Assembly (NCBI RefSeq): GCF_009914755.1
Contig: NC_060934.1
Reading direction: 5' to 3' (one strand)
Length of the DNA: 64,000 nucleotides
From: the human T2T-CHM13v2.0 reference genome, Homo sapiens
The notes under the pieces were generated by a model. The model was given only the letters and a program-made list of their open reading frames with translations, was not told the origin of the DNA and made no database searches. Within the stretch, counting starts at the first letter, position 1, and each line of letters begins with the position of its first letter. Made by a program: the position numbers and the translations under genes. This document shows positions 17,600 through 35,756 of this stretch, one piece after another.

Positions 17600-17623
17600 C
17601 TCTTCTGAACAGCTACCTGAGAA
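17600..17623 (-). CDS. NT5C2: in-frame 24-nt cassette microexon adding SQVAVQKR
   Basis: Polypyrimidine tract ...ttcttctttctaatacag | TTCTCAGGTAGCTGTTCAGAAGAG | gtatgt; phase 2-2, no stop. Confidence 0.8.
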
Positions 17624-17946
17624 CTGTATTAGAAAGAAGAAAATAAAAATCTTAGAATTTCAAATAAGTCAAAACTACTAAAGTTCTTCTGGGCAAGTTT
17701 TAAGATTAGTTTTGTTGTATGCTGTATAATTGGAAGGCACTTAATTTAAACAAAATGTAATTGCTAACTATATGTCAGTTTGGGTTCCAACTGCCTAATA
17801 AATAACTGTTAACTAACCTTATGTAAGGGAATTTGCTCTTTAATGATGAAAAGTAATAGGGAAATATATTACATCTGGGGAGATGATGTCATCTTCACAT
17901 TGTTTGACTTTAACATTAGAAAGAGGCTAAAGGTTCTCTGTACTCA

Positions 17947-18096
<150 letters not shown>

Positions 18097-18829
18097 TTAT
18101 GTAGTAGTATTTAATCATCATGAACCAACCTCATTTAATTCAAGCTTTGTACCAACTCAAAGTATGTCCTAATATAGCTAAAGTGAGTAAAATCTTAAAA
18201 ACTAATTCTAAAGCAACTAAAAAATATTGACTCCGTCCAGACAGAAAATCATAATTGTTTTCTGTAAGGAATAAGTGCTTAATCAAACAAGGTATAAAAA
18301 ACATTCTTCTTACTACACAGCTGGTACCATTCTAAAACATAGTCTTTTTTCTTGGACAACTGAGAAGGCTTATATTTTTCTCCATTAGATGCTGTATGTG
18401 GGATATATATGATAGCATCTCAAACATCATTTTCTTAATCTTAAATATTCCCTATCAAATCCAGAAATGGAAACTGCCAAGCTTCTATCATGTTAAGTGT
18501 ATTAGAGAAACACGTACCTATTTGCCAACAGCCCCAAATAGCACCACCTGTGATTACTGCCCATCAGTTTTAGTAATCTCCTTTTTTACCTGTAAGTGGG
18601 TCTTCCTCAGTTGCAATAAACTGAGCTTAATTCAGGAACACCAAGATATGGTGTATATGGAAAGTTCATGGTAATTTTAGAATCAACATCAACCAACCAA
18701 AAAAACAACAAAGAATTATTCAATGTTTTGGGGGGTTTTTTTGTTAAGGATAAATCTGGAATGTCTAATTTGAGGGGTAAGGAAAGTAGTCTTAATCTAG
18801 TCTTAATCCAAAAATATCTTTAAAAATTA

Positions 18830-18967
<138 letters not shown>

Positions 18968-19634
18968 TCATTAGTTAGCAGAAAGAACAGCCAATTAAAA
19001 CAGAATGCAAATGAATGAATTTCTGCTCTTTCCCAGTTCTTCCCCCCTCCTAATTCTGCCATTTTTCTTCTTCCCCCTCAAACTCCATGTTCTGTATTGC
19101 CCCAAGTAATTAGAGAACTCAATTGTTAGTCTGTGGAAATAGGTCATATTATATAGCAGGAGCACAGCAACAAGCTGAATTATCAAATTATTCAGTATAG
19201 TTCCTTCATTCTCAGGAAACCTATTCCAAACTTTTTTTTCCTTTATTCTTTCATTCCCACAGTTTAAAAAAATGAATATGCATAGCTGTGATATTAATCG
19301 TGAGAATAAAAGTACACAGAAAACTAGGTAAGGGAGGTCTATGTATGCTGAAGGCTTCGGTGTTGTGCATAATTGTTGCAGAAATCCTTCAAAATGAACT
19401 TTTAAAATAATTTATTTTTGGAATTCCTGTTTGGCTTGGGTAATTGCTTTATATGCCTTCTCCAATCAACATATTTGTTCCACTTGTTAGATTAACTGTT
19501 TTCTTATCAGCTCTAACAATGTATGCCATCAAAATTGTATTTTGCAGGTTATTATTGTAAACCAACCATAAAAAGACATGTTTGTGACAATTAGGGAAAT
19601 CTAAATATGAAATGGAGTTAGATATTGAAGAATT

Positions 19635-19946
<312 letters not shown>

Positions 19947-20089
19947 CTAAATCTCTCCTTATCTGCCAAAGGAGCATTGAGTTTGTTACAGGTCAAATAA
20001 CAGGGATTTCAGGCAATGAGGGGTTCTCTCTCTATTGTGTAAGTCTGAAATTTTCCATAATGAAAAAACTTTTCAGAGTTTACTACTGA

Positions 20090-20423
<334 letters not shown>

Positions 20424-21085
20424 TGTTGCTCCTTTAAATAGGTTTCTTCCAAATGAAATATTTAGGTAAGCATCTTTCCATCAGTCTCCAGGAGTGAGTA
20501 AGCCATATTAAAAATAACAGCTAAAAAGACCTGCTAGCTTGCTAAATGCCAAATGAGGCAAAAATATCCATCCTATTCTTGTAATCTCATAATAATGCAA
20601 CTATTATTATTATAGTTCTTCCATCTACTATTAACATCTTTAGCTTTTGGCGCAAACTGATTTTTCATTGCAATTAGTCTACCTATCCAAGTTGGTGCTA
20701 ATACTTTAATGAGTGTGATTCAACTTTCCCTTTCCAAAAACAATCCTTTAGAATATTTCTGGAAATATATAACAGTAATACTAGTTGCCACGTAGGAAAG
20801 GAACTGAGTGGCCTTTAAGAGACAGGGAAGGAAACTGTCATGTACTTCTTGTACCTTTAAAACTTACATTAATGTATATCTATTTTTAAAATTAAACTGA
20901 AGTTTTTAAAAAGCAAGCTGGGCTTTCAAAATCCTTTAATAAATATTTGTCAGATTTTAAAACCAGAAGCCTTTTAAGGTCTTTTGAGTCTCATCAGAAC
21001 AATGCCAAAAGAAAAAAACCATCTTTATTTCTTTTGTTGTCACAAGGGTAATAATAATTTAATGCCAATGCTAACCCTGGCTAAC

Positions 21086-21390
21086 TTTTTTTTTTCTTTT
21101 TCTTTTTCTTTTTTTCTGAGTCAGAGTCTCGCTCCATTGCCCAGGCTGGAGTGCAGTGGCCGTGATCTTGACTCACTGCAACCTCTGCCTCCCAGATTCA
21201 AGCGATTCTCATGACTCAGCCTCCCAAGTAGCTGGGATTACAGGTGCCCGCCACCACACCTGGTATTTTTAGTTGAGACGGGGGTTTCACCATGTTGGCC
21301 AGGCTGGTCTCGAACTCCTGACCTCAAGTGATCCGCCTGCCTCGGGCTCCCAAAGTGCTGCTATTACAGGCTGAGCCACCATGCCCAGCC
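21086..21390 (-). mobile_element. Alu
   Basis: Full Alu reverse complement; TSD tggctaac. Confidence 0.92.
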
Positions 21391-22394
21391 ATGGCTAACA
21401 TTTTCAAAACTGGCTATATTACCTTCTTCCCCTTAAATCCTGCCTCATCCTCTCCCATCCCCCTAAAAAAAACTTGTTGAAGACTTAAGTGTGGAATTCC
21501 TAAATCTATATGATGTACACTGTGGATAAAAAAATAAAGTGCTATATACACTAATAGAGTAAGAGCTGGTGTATCATAAAACCATAAGGCATGGCACCTA
21601 CTGTTGTAAATTTGTTATAAGTATAACCACTCTCACCTTACCCTCCTCAATGCCCCATGCTCCCACCCCAGTTGCAAGTAAATCTCATTTTAGTACAATC
21701 TCCATAAAACAAAAATTATTTCTCAATCCTAACCAAGGCCCCATTTATTTCAAACTGTATTTAATGAAATAAAGTTCCAGTATAGCTAAGTAATTTGGGT
21801 AATCTACTGACATTTATTCTTACAGGATTTGGTCCATATAAAATGTTTTCAATTGTTAATTTTTTCAGAAGGACAATTTGCTGGATATGCCTTAAGAGTG
21901 GGAGACAAAAAACAAACCTTAATTACTCCCACCCACACTCACCCCTAAATCAGCAATTTCTCCAGCTAGAGAAATTAGGTAACTATAGAGCAATGGAGTG
22001 ACTATCGAGTAAAACCTATGTCTATGAGACAATTTGGATTTGAAGCACAAATTAATGTACTCATAATTTTCAGTGAAAAACAATACAGGAGAGAAAAAGT
22101 CTCAAATCCCCATTTTGACAGCACAAATCCTAGAATAGCAGAAAATAAAAACACTATACTTGCCACATTATATTTATTGGCAGGGCAGAATTTCCCAAGT
22201 GTTCAACCGAAGTGACTTTCTAGAAATTCCACCTATGGAAATACTTTAAATTTCCTTTTTCTCAATGAACTCAGAGTACTTCCTAAAAATATGATATATC
22301 TTCCCCATTTGCTGACGTGAAGTTATATAGCAAGTACAAACATCAGCTGAAGCCAAAATTTAGGTCTCTTTGAGTCTCCAAAAGCTCTTTGTAA

Positions 22395-22763
<369 letters not shown>

Positions 22764-23986
22764 CTAGATTACATAAGCCATCAAAACTTAAGCTTGGGTG
22801 TTGAAACATACACTTCTCCCTCCAATTTTTTTCAACTAGTCCAAAATAAACTGCTCTACTCACAAGTGGGAATGGATTTAATAAAGAGAGTCCAAGTTCT
22901 ACCCTGACAACACTATTTCATCAAGCTCTATTAATCAGTAAGACCTACAAGCTTATGAGAAAATGTCAGTTTTCCCAGATAATCACAAATGATTTTCCCA
23001 GATAATCATTTCAGCAACACAAACTCCTTGGTCATTAAATTATCTGCTATATAGTACAACCAAGGTTGGAGACGCAGAATTGCAGCCACACAGAGCATGA
23101 ATTTAGATGTTTTATTCTAAGTGTCCCTCAGTGATAAACATATTTATTGTGACCTGGTGGCAAAAATTCCTGAAGCTAAGTACTGCCATTCCTTTAAAAA
23201 TAAAAGTAAAATATAAAAAATAAAATTCCTTTTTTAATCAACCAGGCCCTACAAAGCCAGCCTCAGATATTTATAGGAAACCACATATATCTCCTCAGAC
23301 TTAGAGCTTTATGCCTCTCCACAGCTGCAAAGGCTCTAATTTCAATTTCTCTCCCACAACTGTGGCAAGTAAATGATGCACAGCTTCAAGCTCAACTCTC
23401 ACAATTGACTTTCTGTGGTTCCAAAACCCAGGCAATAGCTTCAGAGTAAACATAACTTCACACAATATCTGCTTATTTCTTCTCCCAGAAGGTACTCTGG
23501 CCTACCCCTAGTTACTCAATATCGGAAGACAAAGGAAGAAGCTATTTTAAGGGCTAGAGTCCCAAAAGGAGGACTGCTTCAGCCACTAGGACAGCACACA
23601 GTGTTCTCAGGTTACATAATTAGACTATAAAGAAAACAACCAACGCTTTGAAAGTTGAAGTTACTGAGAGCATTTAAAGATATTCTTTACTCCATAATCT
23701 GCAAGGAAAAAACAGTTCTTCAAAAAATAACTATGTTTTCAGGATGAAAGTTGTGGGCTCTGTTTTGAGTAGATGCTGTTCATACAAGATAGAATACATA
23801 TTAAAGGACAAAGTCCCTTTGGAATGAGCAGAAAACTTTCTGCAGAGAAGTTTGGAATTCTCATGCACTTTTTACCATTGCCACCAAGACACACTATGTA
23901 GTAATTTATAGATTTAGAAAAATAAAGGGCAAACCTCTACAGAGGTTCCAGCCTAGCAGAGTGCTGCTGCCAAAATGAGAACTCAC

Positions 23987-24047
23987 ATGAGGCAGATGCA
24001 GATGCAGTGTGTGTCACTCCAGTCTTGAAGGAGTTACACTGGCTCTC
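23987..24047 (-). other. NT5C2: 61-nt cassette poison exon (premature stop, predicted NMD)
   Basis: Long T-rich tract + taacag acceptor, GTGAGT donor; reads G|GA GAG CCA GTG TAA after c.175. Confidence 0.75.
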
Positions 24048-26375
24048 CTGTTAAAAAACAAAAAGCAACAAAACAAAACAAAAACAAAAACAAAAGCTGG
24101 TTTTAAAACTGTTGTGATGGGCTGGAACAGAGAGATACCATTTGGAAATTGGTATTTACAGGAGTTACTACTGCCCTCCAATTTAGAAGCCTCTGACCAT
24201 CACTAAAATTAGCCTAATTGGCCATAACAAAACAAGGGTATTGAAGATAAGCCTAAGTATTATTGTGTATTATTTACTTTTCTGGCACCCTGAGTCTGGA
24301 ATACAAGCCAAGTCTGATCCTAAAATGTTAAGTCGAAAGACAAACAGAAAAATAAGTCTATTGGTCTTAGTTTATTTTCTCTAGCACATTTCAGGCTAAC
24401 ACGATAGAAACTGAATACAGCTGGCAAATGGTGTTTAAAATTAAACTATGGGTAGTGAAACAGACTGAATAAAGGATACAAATACCAGAGTGGCCTCATC
24501 TTGCTTCCAAGTACCCATTTTAGCTGAGTCTACCTATACCTAACTACTAGGTTAGTCATTATCAAGATTCTAGTCATCATTATCAAGATGACTAGAATCA
24601 ACTGCACACTGCTAAAAATCTAACCAGATATCTAAATTTGGAATGGAAGGAAATTTTTAAATTTTGATTGTCAGTGGAAATCTGCCCTTAGTAAGCCAAT
24701 TTATACTCTATAAAGTTAAAAGAAACTACCTAGTCTAGTAAAATAACTGAGTTGAAGATACATAATCCATTAAATATACTGACACTTTAAAGATATGCAT
24801 TATGTTTAACTTTATAGGGAGTCATTTTCCCTAGAGACATTTAGGTTTTTGAAAACATGTCACTGGGCTCCTCCAATTCTTGGATTTTTGGGGTACTCAA
24901 CCGAAGAGCAGAAATGACCAGATGCAATGTCTAAAAGTCCTAAAAGCATTACAACACTACCAACAGTCACAATGAAAACCAAAAATGCAACCCAACCACC
25001 CAAGAATAGTCATTTGCTTTTATGTTATAAGAATGATCAACATCAACATGCTCATCTATTTAGCTGTAGGCTACATGATGTTGGTTCTCTAAGCCTCTAA
25101 CTAGAAAAGGTGATAACGCACATTTTTCTCTGAGAAAATTTTAAGTGAGATCTTTCCAATTATCATATAAACAAATGCCCAAGGACTTTTTTCCATTTTC
25201 CAAAACTATATGAAAATCCTCCTAACACATTAAATAGACACAGGCAAAAATCCTATCTCTAACCTAAGAGATCACAAATGACCTAAAAAAGATATTTTCA
25301 TATCTTTCTAAATTTTCAAAGCAAATTTCCTAAAATGGCCTCAATTTTAATTTACTTAAAACAGCTAGATATCATAGCAATACTTTTAGTAATACAAAGT
25401 AAAACACATTCCCAAATAACTAGATGTGTAAATAAGTAAAGTGGAGTTTGAGCAACTGCCAATTTCAGTTTATTGCAAGCAAATGCAAAATTAAATGGTA
25501 ATTAAGAGTTATTTGTTTAAAAAATACTAAGAATATTAGAAGAATATTTTTAAATAAAATGAAAAAAATACCTACTTCAAAAATATTCCATCTGAGAATC
25601 TGAACACTTACAAATATCTTGTATTTTCAGTACTGTTTTCAATTTAAGACAGAAAAATTGAAAATTATTGAAATAACTTTTAAAAATCGTCTTTAACCAA
25701 AGGAGCTGCTTGTAATACAAAAACAGAAATAGCTAATATTTTTTTTTTCAAAAATAAAAACAGATCACAGCACTCAAATGCCTATACTAAAGTTAGAAGA
25801 ATTTAACAAACATTTGGATACCTACAGTGTACCAGGTACTAGAAGCTGAGAAGAAGAAACAAAATAATGTATGATCCTGGGCCGTGAAAGAGCTTATAGC
25901 TCATGGCATATTAGAGGGGATATACATTTAGATATTTATAATAAGTTTTAGGAGATCAATAACTAAGACTAATCAAATGACTAAGAAAGTATAGAGAGAC
26001 AAAAAGAGGACCAATCAATCCAGCCCAGGAAGTCTTCTTAAAACCTATGCATGATTTATGTCTGACTTATTCAGGCTTATACAGATAACTCATTTTTATA
26101 ACCAATTTCTCAAGGTACTATAAAGTTTACCTGACAACTCTCTGAAATTCAGATTCAACTAATACATTACAAACATCTATGTCAAGACTAGGCAAGTGAA
26201 TTAATGTGTGAAGTGGGATACATGAGGGTGCACATCTTGTCTAGAGGAGGAAGTGGCTACTCAAGTGTAGCTGACTTCCCTGAGGGAATGGGAGCCAAAT
26301 GTTCCCAATTGCGTGATAACAGCCAACCTAGACTTTTACCTGTAGTCTCTCAACTGTATAACACTGACCCAATTA

Positions 26376-26686
26376 GGCCGGCTTGGTGGCTCACGCCTGT
26401 AATCCCAGCACTTTGGGAGGCCAAGGTGGGCGGATCACGAGGTAAGGAGTTCGAGACCAGCCTGGCCAATATGGTGAAACCCTGTCTCTACTAAAAAATA
26501 CAACAACAAAAAAAATTAGCCGAGTGTGGTGGCGCACACCTGTCGTGGTGGCACGTGCCTGTATCACTGGTACCAGGGAGGCGGAGGTTGCAGTGAGCTG
26601 AGATCACGCCACTGCACTCCAGCCTGGGTGACAGAGCGAGACTCTGTCTCAAAAATAAATAAATAAATAAAAAATAAAAATAAAAA
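26376..26686 (+). mobile_element. Alu with rearranged/deleted right arm
   Basis: TSD actgacccaatta; (AAAT)n tail. Confidence 0.9.
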
Positions 26687-27311
26687 TACTGACCCAATTA
26701 AATAAACAAAAACTCTTTCAGCCAAACTATGGTCTGTGGTCTAAGTTGGGTCCATGGGCCAACAGTGTGCACCTCTAGCCTATACTTTAGGTCATATACT
26801 TCCACATACATTATCTATCCCATTTAATTGAAGTGTTTGACTACCTTCTTCAAAGAGTCTTAAGGAAATAAATAGAATTTAGGTACTTAATGAATTGGAA
26901 ATCTAGATGGAAATACATTCATTCTTTAATAACATAAAGTATTCTGGGTAATACTGTCAGTCTATTCATCCCAAGAAAAAACGGAGGAAGTGGATTAAAA
27001 ACAGAAAATAAAAGAACCTCTATGTGGTAACTTGATGTGGACCCCTATAATCGTCTGAATCTGATTTCTTCACTAGATTATCAAAACCGAACAAATGTTC
27101 CCAGTGACAGAATCACAACATCCTCATGATCTGCTTAGGTAACCAACTACAGTATTAGTGTCTTATTCATAAGGTTTAACCTAAATCTTTGCTATACAAC
27201 TTAATTCCATTATCATTTGTCCTTTCCTCATTGGCCATTATCTGCATGATAAAACAAACATCCAGAGAATGTGTAAGCAGAAAGGAGATAATGAATCAAA
27301 GGTAGCTATTA

Positions 27312-27736
<425 letters not shown>

Positions 27737-28808
27737 TTATTCACACAAAAAATCTGGCCTACATTTGAATGCTTTTATAATTGGCAATAAAAAGTAAAGA
27801 TCATAAACACTAGTAATTGATTCTTTCTATCACTTACCATGTAATGGAGATGAAATGGGTTTTATTAAGCAATCTTTTAAATTTCCTAATCTAGAAACAA
27901 ACCAAGTATTACTGCAATTCAGAGAGATTAATTTAATATTAGTGAAAACTTTAACTGGGATACAGACTTGACATAAAGGGAATCAAAGCTTGGAAACTAA
28001 GTATAGACTCATATATTAAAAAGTTGTCTAAGAAGTAAATAATATACACCTAAAATATGCCATATATTTCATATGTAATATATATATCTAAAAATAATAG
28101 TATTGAGGGTGTTTATCTCAATGAATACAAAGGCCTTTCATCTACAAGTAAGATAATGCACTGAAGTATTATTTCTTTTAAATTATTTCCTAACATGGAG
28201 GGACCACCTCAAAAACACTGCCTGACTGTAGACAGTACTTTATTTCCTGAGGAAGGTAGTGTAAGAAATTCTGAAGTTTAAGAAAAATAATAGCAGCTAA
28301 AATAACAAGGACTATAATATCTCAAATGGAAATGAAAAGACTAAAGGACCTTAACATTTAAATGCCTTTTTAAAAAAACCATTTTATTGGTATTTTTTTA
28401 GTTTCTGCCACATGATTTTTAAATTTAATATTATTAAGGATATTTTTACTCATACATACAAAAGTAGAGGAAATATGTAATGAGCTGCTTTAAACACATC
28501 ACACAGCTTTAACAACTTTTGCTATTTTGGATTTTTGTTTCATCCATCTTCCCTAACTTATTCTCACCCAACTTAATAAATTTTATCAAATCAGAAAGTT
28601 TTAACATTGTTCTTTCATAAAATATTTTAAATAGCAGAAGTGTACACAAGTATTATGTATCACACATACAGAATTATTTTATTAACTAGTTGAGTTGTTC
28701 CTTTAATTACTGCTTAAATTTCCTCCCCACTTAGAGGTCCATGCAATACTCGAAGTCTTTTATCAGCAATTAGTTAGAAGAGGCTTCCAAATTAAGGGCT
28801 GCTTCAGA

Positions 28809-28810
28809 TT

Positions 28811-28841
<31 letters not shown>

Positions 28842-29117
28842 TGCTCTGCCATCCTGGCTGGAATGCCCTAGCATGATCATAGCTCACTGTATCCTCAAAC
28901 TACTAGGCTCAAGCAATCCTCCTCCTCAGCCTCAGCCTCCCCAGTAGCTGGGGCTTACCAACATCCACCACCACACCTGGCTAATTTTTTTTTTTTTTTA
29001 AAGATGGGGTCTCACCATATTGCCCAGGCTGGTCTAGAACTCCTGGCCTTAAGTGATCCTCTCGCCTTGGCTGCCCAAAGCACTGCAATTACAGTCATGA
29101 AACACGATGCCCAGCCC
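28809..29117 (-). mobile_element. Alu (AluJ-like)
   Basis: Diverged Alu reverse complement. Confidence 0.88.
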
Positions 29118-29601
29118 AGAAATATTGTAACTATACTATGTTGTCAATATTATAGCCTTAATGAGAAAACCTGTTCTACCAACAGCATTGTTCTTTTGGT
29201 AAGATAGTACTGGTATTATTATTAGGTATTAATATTCTTGGAAAATCAGAGCAAGAGATAGGTAATATATTGGGCCAAAGAAAATAAAACAGTGTAACCA
29301 CTGAGAAAAATTTTTAAATAAGGGACGACACCAAAGTAGCTTAGTTTAAATAAAGCTTAGTTCAGTTAAAGAAACAAACTACAAATGACGAGTATTTTTA
29401 CCTAACGATCAATGGATTTGCTCCAAAATAAGCTGTCTCTCTCTAAAAGACAATTATCTCAAAATAACAGAAACAAAAATGGAATTCTGAAATGAAAATA
29501 ATCAAACTGTATTATGAGATATGAGTAATAATATCTGTTAAAAACAAACATAATAGAACTTACACATCGAAATGAGCCTTCACCCATTCAAAACAATCAC
29601 T

Positions 29602-29910
29602 ACCAGGCTGGGCGTGATGGCTCACACTTAACAGTCTCAGCACTTTTGGGGGCTGGGGTAGGAGGACTGCTTGAGCCCAGCAGTTCAAGATCCAACTGGG
29701 CAACACAGCAAGGCCCCCTCTCTACAGAAAATTTAAAAATTAGCCAGCCATGGTGGCATACACCTATAGTCCTTGCTATTCAGGAGTTTGAGGTAAGAGG
29801 ATCACTTGAGCCCAGTAGTTCAAGGTTATAGTAAACTACAATTGCACCACTGTGCTGCAGCCTGGGTGACAGAGCAAGAACCTGTCTCAAAACAACAACA
29901 ACAACAAACA
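29602..29910 (+). mobile_element. Alu (AluJ-like)
   Basis: Diverged Alu, (CAA)n tail. Confidence 0.88.
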
Positions 29911-30583
29911 ATATGCAGAAGCAATTGTATTTATCCAGAAGCAATATGTATTTATTCTAGTATTGCAACCACTACTCAAAACATTGAAAATTCTTATTTT
30001 AAAATTACTTTTAGCGTCTACAGCACATTATTCTAGATATCCTCCCTGGTGGCACATGTTTGTTCCTCAACAGGTGATGAATTTAATTGAGGTGAGGGTT
30101 ATTCGGAGCAACTAATGAATAAATGGGGAAAACGAGCTGGGTTTAAAAAAAAAAAGTATGACTATGTAGAACAATAAAGCAGGTTTTGAGTTTATAAGCT
30201 GGCTCTGAAAACAATTCCAAAAGAATTCCTAAAATGTCTAAGAAAGCAATATTGGAGTAAGTTTTCCTTAATAAGGTGACTATATGAAGGATAATATCTA
30301 TTTGGAAGCATATTTTCTTATGTGCTTTATTTTAAAAAATTAGTCTTTTGACCCATTTTATATGTGCTTAATTTTGCAAGTCACCTCAAATCCCTTTTGG
30401 AAAAAAAGTAAAGTATAAATCCTATATAACAGTAGTCTTTATAGTCTATTCATCATTTATTGCTTCATAGTTAAAACTATAAATAATGAACCTAACAGCT
30501 ATGTAAATCTATTCACCATAGGCCTTGTCAAGTTCAGTTTAGTCTAATCAGAACATTGATACAATTCAATGAATCTAGCATGA

Positions 30584-30950
<367 letters not shown>

Positions 30951-31211
30951 TGATATATTCTGATTAGATTTTTACTTTGTTTAGTTTTATGAATGTTTTC
31001 TAATTTATTTTTATTAATTTTATTAACCACAATTATCTTTTTTGTTTGTTTGTTTTTTAAGGGATCATCTCTTTTTGGAGAGGGAATTTTTTTTTTCTTT
31101 TTATCTGTTACCCTAGTTTAAATACTCAGCTTATTCTCTTATTCTACCCTATTTGTGGGGGAGGGCAAGAGTCCAAAAACTCTTAAGAAAAAAGATCACT
31201 AAGGGAGATCA

Positions 31212-31737
<526 letters not shown>

Positions 31738-32059
31738 CTATATTTTCCAAGTTGTGAGGAGGATGCCCTGAGTATTATTTCATGACCTAGGACAATGAGA
31801 ATTTCTTTGGTCTTTTTGATAAAGGTTACCTTTCTTGTTTTGTACCAAAGACTTTTCAACAAATACATTCCTTTCAGAGACCTCTCGTCACAGTAAGAAC
31901 TCCAAATAGATGCAACCAGTTTACACGCTATCAATAGTAAGTTCAGCTCAGCTAATCTTCCATCTTAATTCATCAAAGAGTTTCATCGTTCTTTAAGAAG
32001 AAATGCTAAAGCACAGACTTTTACATTGTCATTGGTTTCATTAAACAAAAAAAAAGGCG

Positions 32060-33550
<1,491 letters not shown>

Positions 33551-34133
33551 TTTTAATGCTGGACTTGAGATGCCTGTAGTGACAATACACCAATACTGCA
33601 TAATATTTCTTGCTTTAAATAGTTTTTCTCACTCATTTAAGCACCTCCAATGCCAGTAAGTTTGGTGAGGATATACAATTGCTGACAGAAACATGATGAG
33701 GGCCCTGGACTCTAGTCCAAGTAAACACACCATCCAAAAAATGTTCACTTAAATGTCAAGTGAGTTGAGTCCATTCCAATAACAATAAAACAAGATCAGA
33801 GTGCATCTACTATGTTCGAGAGGACAGGGATCAAAGGTCCTGAGATGCCTCTGCTAGTAGCAAGATAATGCTCTGATTTACTGACATCACAGGCTAGTTT
33901 CTCTTAATTTCTTCCCCGGTACTCTTAACAGCTTTATTCATCACCTCTCCCACACTTGAGGTTTGTTAATGCCAAGTGCTTAGGTTTGGGATAACTCCCC
34001 AGAGGCTAATGATATGGCCTAGAAAGGAGGGGAGGGCAGAAAAATTCAAAAGAGAGGGACCTAAAATGTATTTCCAATCCCCCTAAGATTTTTTAATTGA
34101 GAAAAAAATGCACTATTTAATTTTAGAATTCTC

Positions 34134-34430
<297 letters not shown>

Positions 34431-34795
34431 CTAACAACATTTCTAATACAGTACTTATATAGTAATCCTGAGGCTTAACGAAGCTTTAAGATTATTTCTA
34501 AAAATTAAGCAAAAGAAAAACTGTGTTTTAACACAGTTTCTATCTGTATTCTAAAGATGGAAGATTACAATTCAACTGCAAAAGAAACATGCAGTTTTGC
34601 CCCAGGCAGGGTTTTCATTTGGGGGGAAAAAATTAAGGATGATCTTCTTTGTTTATGGGTTTTTGTCTCTTATTGATATCTCATCTAGAGTTACTGGATA
34701 ATTTCTGTTCTGAAAGCTGGGAGCAGCATGAGAAATAGAAACTGACCTGAGTTTAAATTCCAGCTATGAGTTTTAACAAATCTGTTGCTAGTTAC

Positions 34796-35326
34796 TGATA
34801 GGATTTAGGACATCTGAACCCAAAATATGATACCTGGGCATTTGAGAAAACAGCAGAAGCAGGAAGGTCACTCTCACCTCCCGACTTCTTCCCTGAAGGA
34901 AGTCATAAAATCTAGGAAGAATTTTTCTCACCTTCCCCTAAAGCAGGTCATACTACTCTCATTTGAGAGGTGTCATCCTTATACCACGAGGAAAGGAACA
35001 TCCTTACCTCTGAAGACCCAGGGACGCAGCAAAGAATCTGAATGAACAGAGCTTACTAAGTTCCTCCCAGTTTATCACCATTAGATCATACCCCCTTTTG
35101 TCCAACCATACTTCTCTACAACTATCCACTTCTTTATCAATCCTGTCATAGAAAACACACAGGTTTACTCATTTCTCCAGGTCTTCATTTCCTTATGAAG
35201 GCTCCTGTGTCCCATAAAACTTACATTAAATAAATCTGTATGCTTTTCTCTCACTAATCTGTCTTTTCTTATAGGGGCCGCAACCATGAACCTAAGATGG
35301 GAAGGAAAGATATTTCTTTCCCCTAC
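34796..35326 (+). mobile_element. solo ERV1-type LTR (MER39/MER34-like)
   Basis: TG...CA termini, cccaaaatatg..gcatttgagaaaacagcagaagcaggaagg motif, internal attaaataaa. Confidence 0.6.
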
Positions 35327-35363
35327 ACTACATATAAGTCATCTTATCTGTTGACTTAGTAGC

Positions 35364-35756
35364 CTTTTTTATTTTTTGACTTTTTGTTTGAGACAGGGTC
35401 TTGTTCTATAGCCCAGGATAGAGGCACAATCACAACTCACCAAAACCTCAAACTCCTTGGCTAACACCATCCTCCTCCCTCTGCTTCCCAAGTAGCTGGG
35501 ACTACAGGCATGCACTACCACACACTGCTAATATTTTTTTTTTCCTAAGTTCCAGGGTATACGTGCAGGATGTGCAGGTTTGTTACACAGGTAAACATGT
35601 GCTATGGTGGTTTGCTGTACCACACCCTGGTAATCTTTATTTTTTGTAGAGATGAGGTCTCACTATGTTGCACAGAGGGATCTCGAACTCCTGGGCTCAA
35701 GGGCTCACAGCCTCCCAAAGCACTGGGATTACCCCTGTGAGCAATCATGCCTGGCC
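35364..35756 (-). mobile_element. AluJ interrupted by a ~90-bp L1PA 3'-end fragment (about 35534-35620)
   Basis: Alu arms split by aagttccagggtatacgtgcaggatgtgcaggtttgttac L1 terminus. Confidence 0.8.

Noticed and set aside
23506-23624. Cryptic exon candidate (ttctttatag ... GTAGGC)
   Set aside because: Weak donor and no independent support
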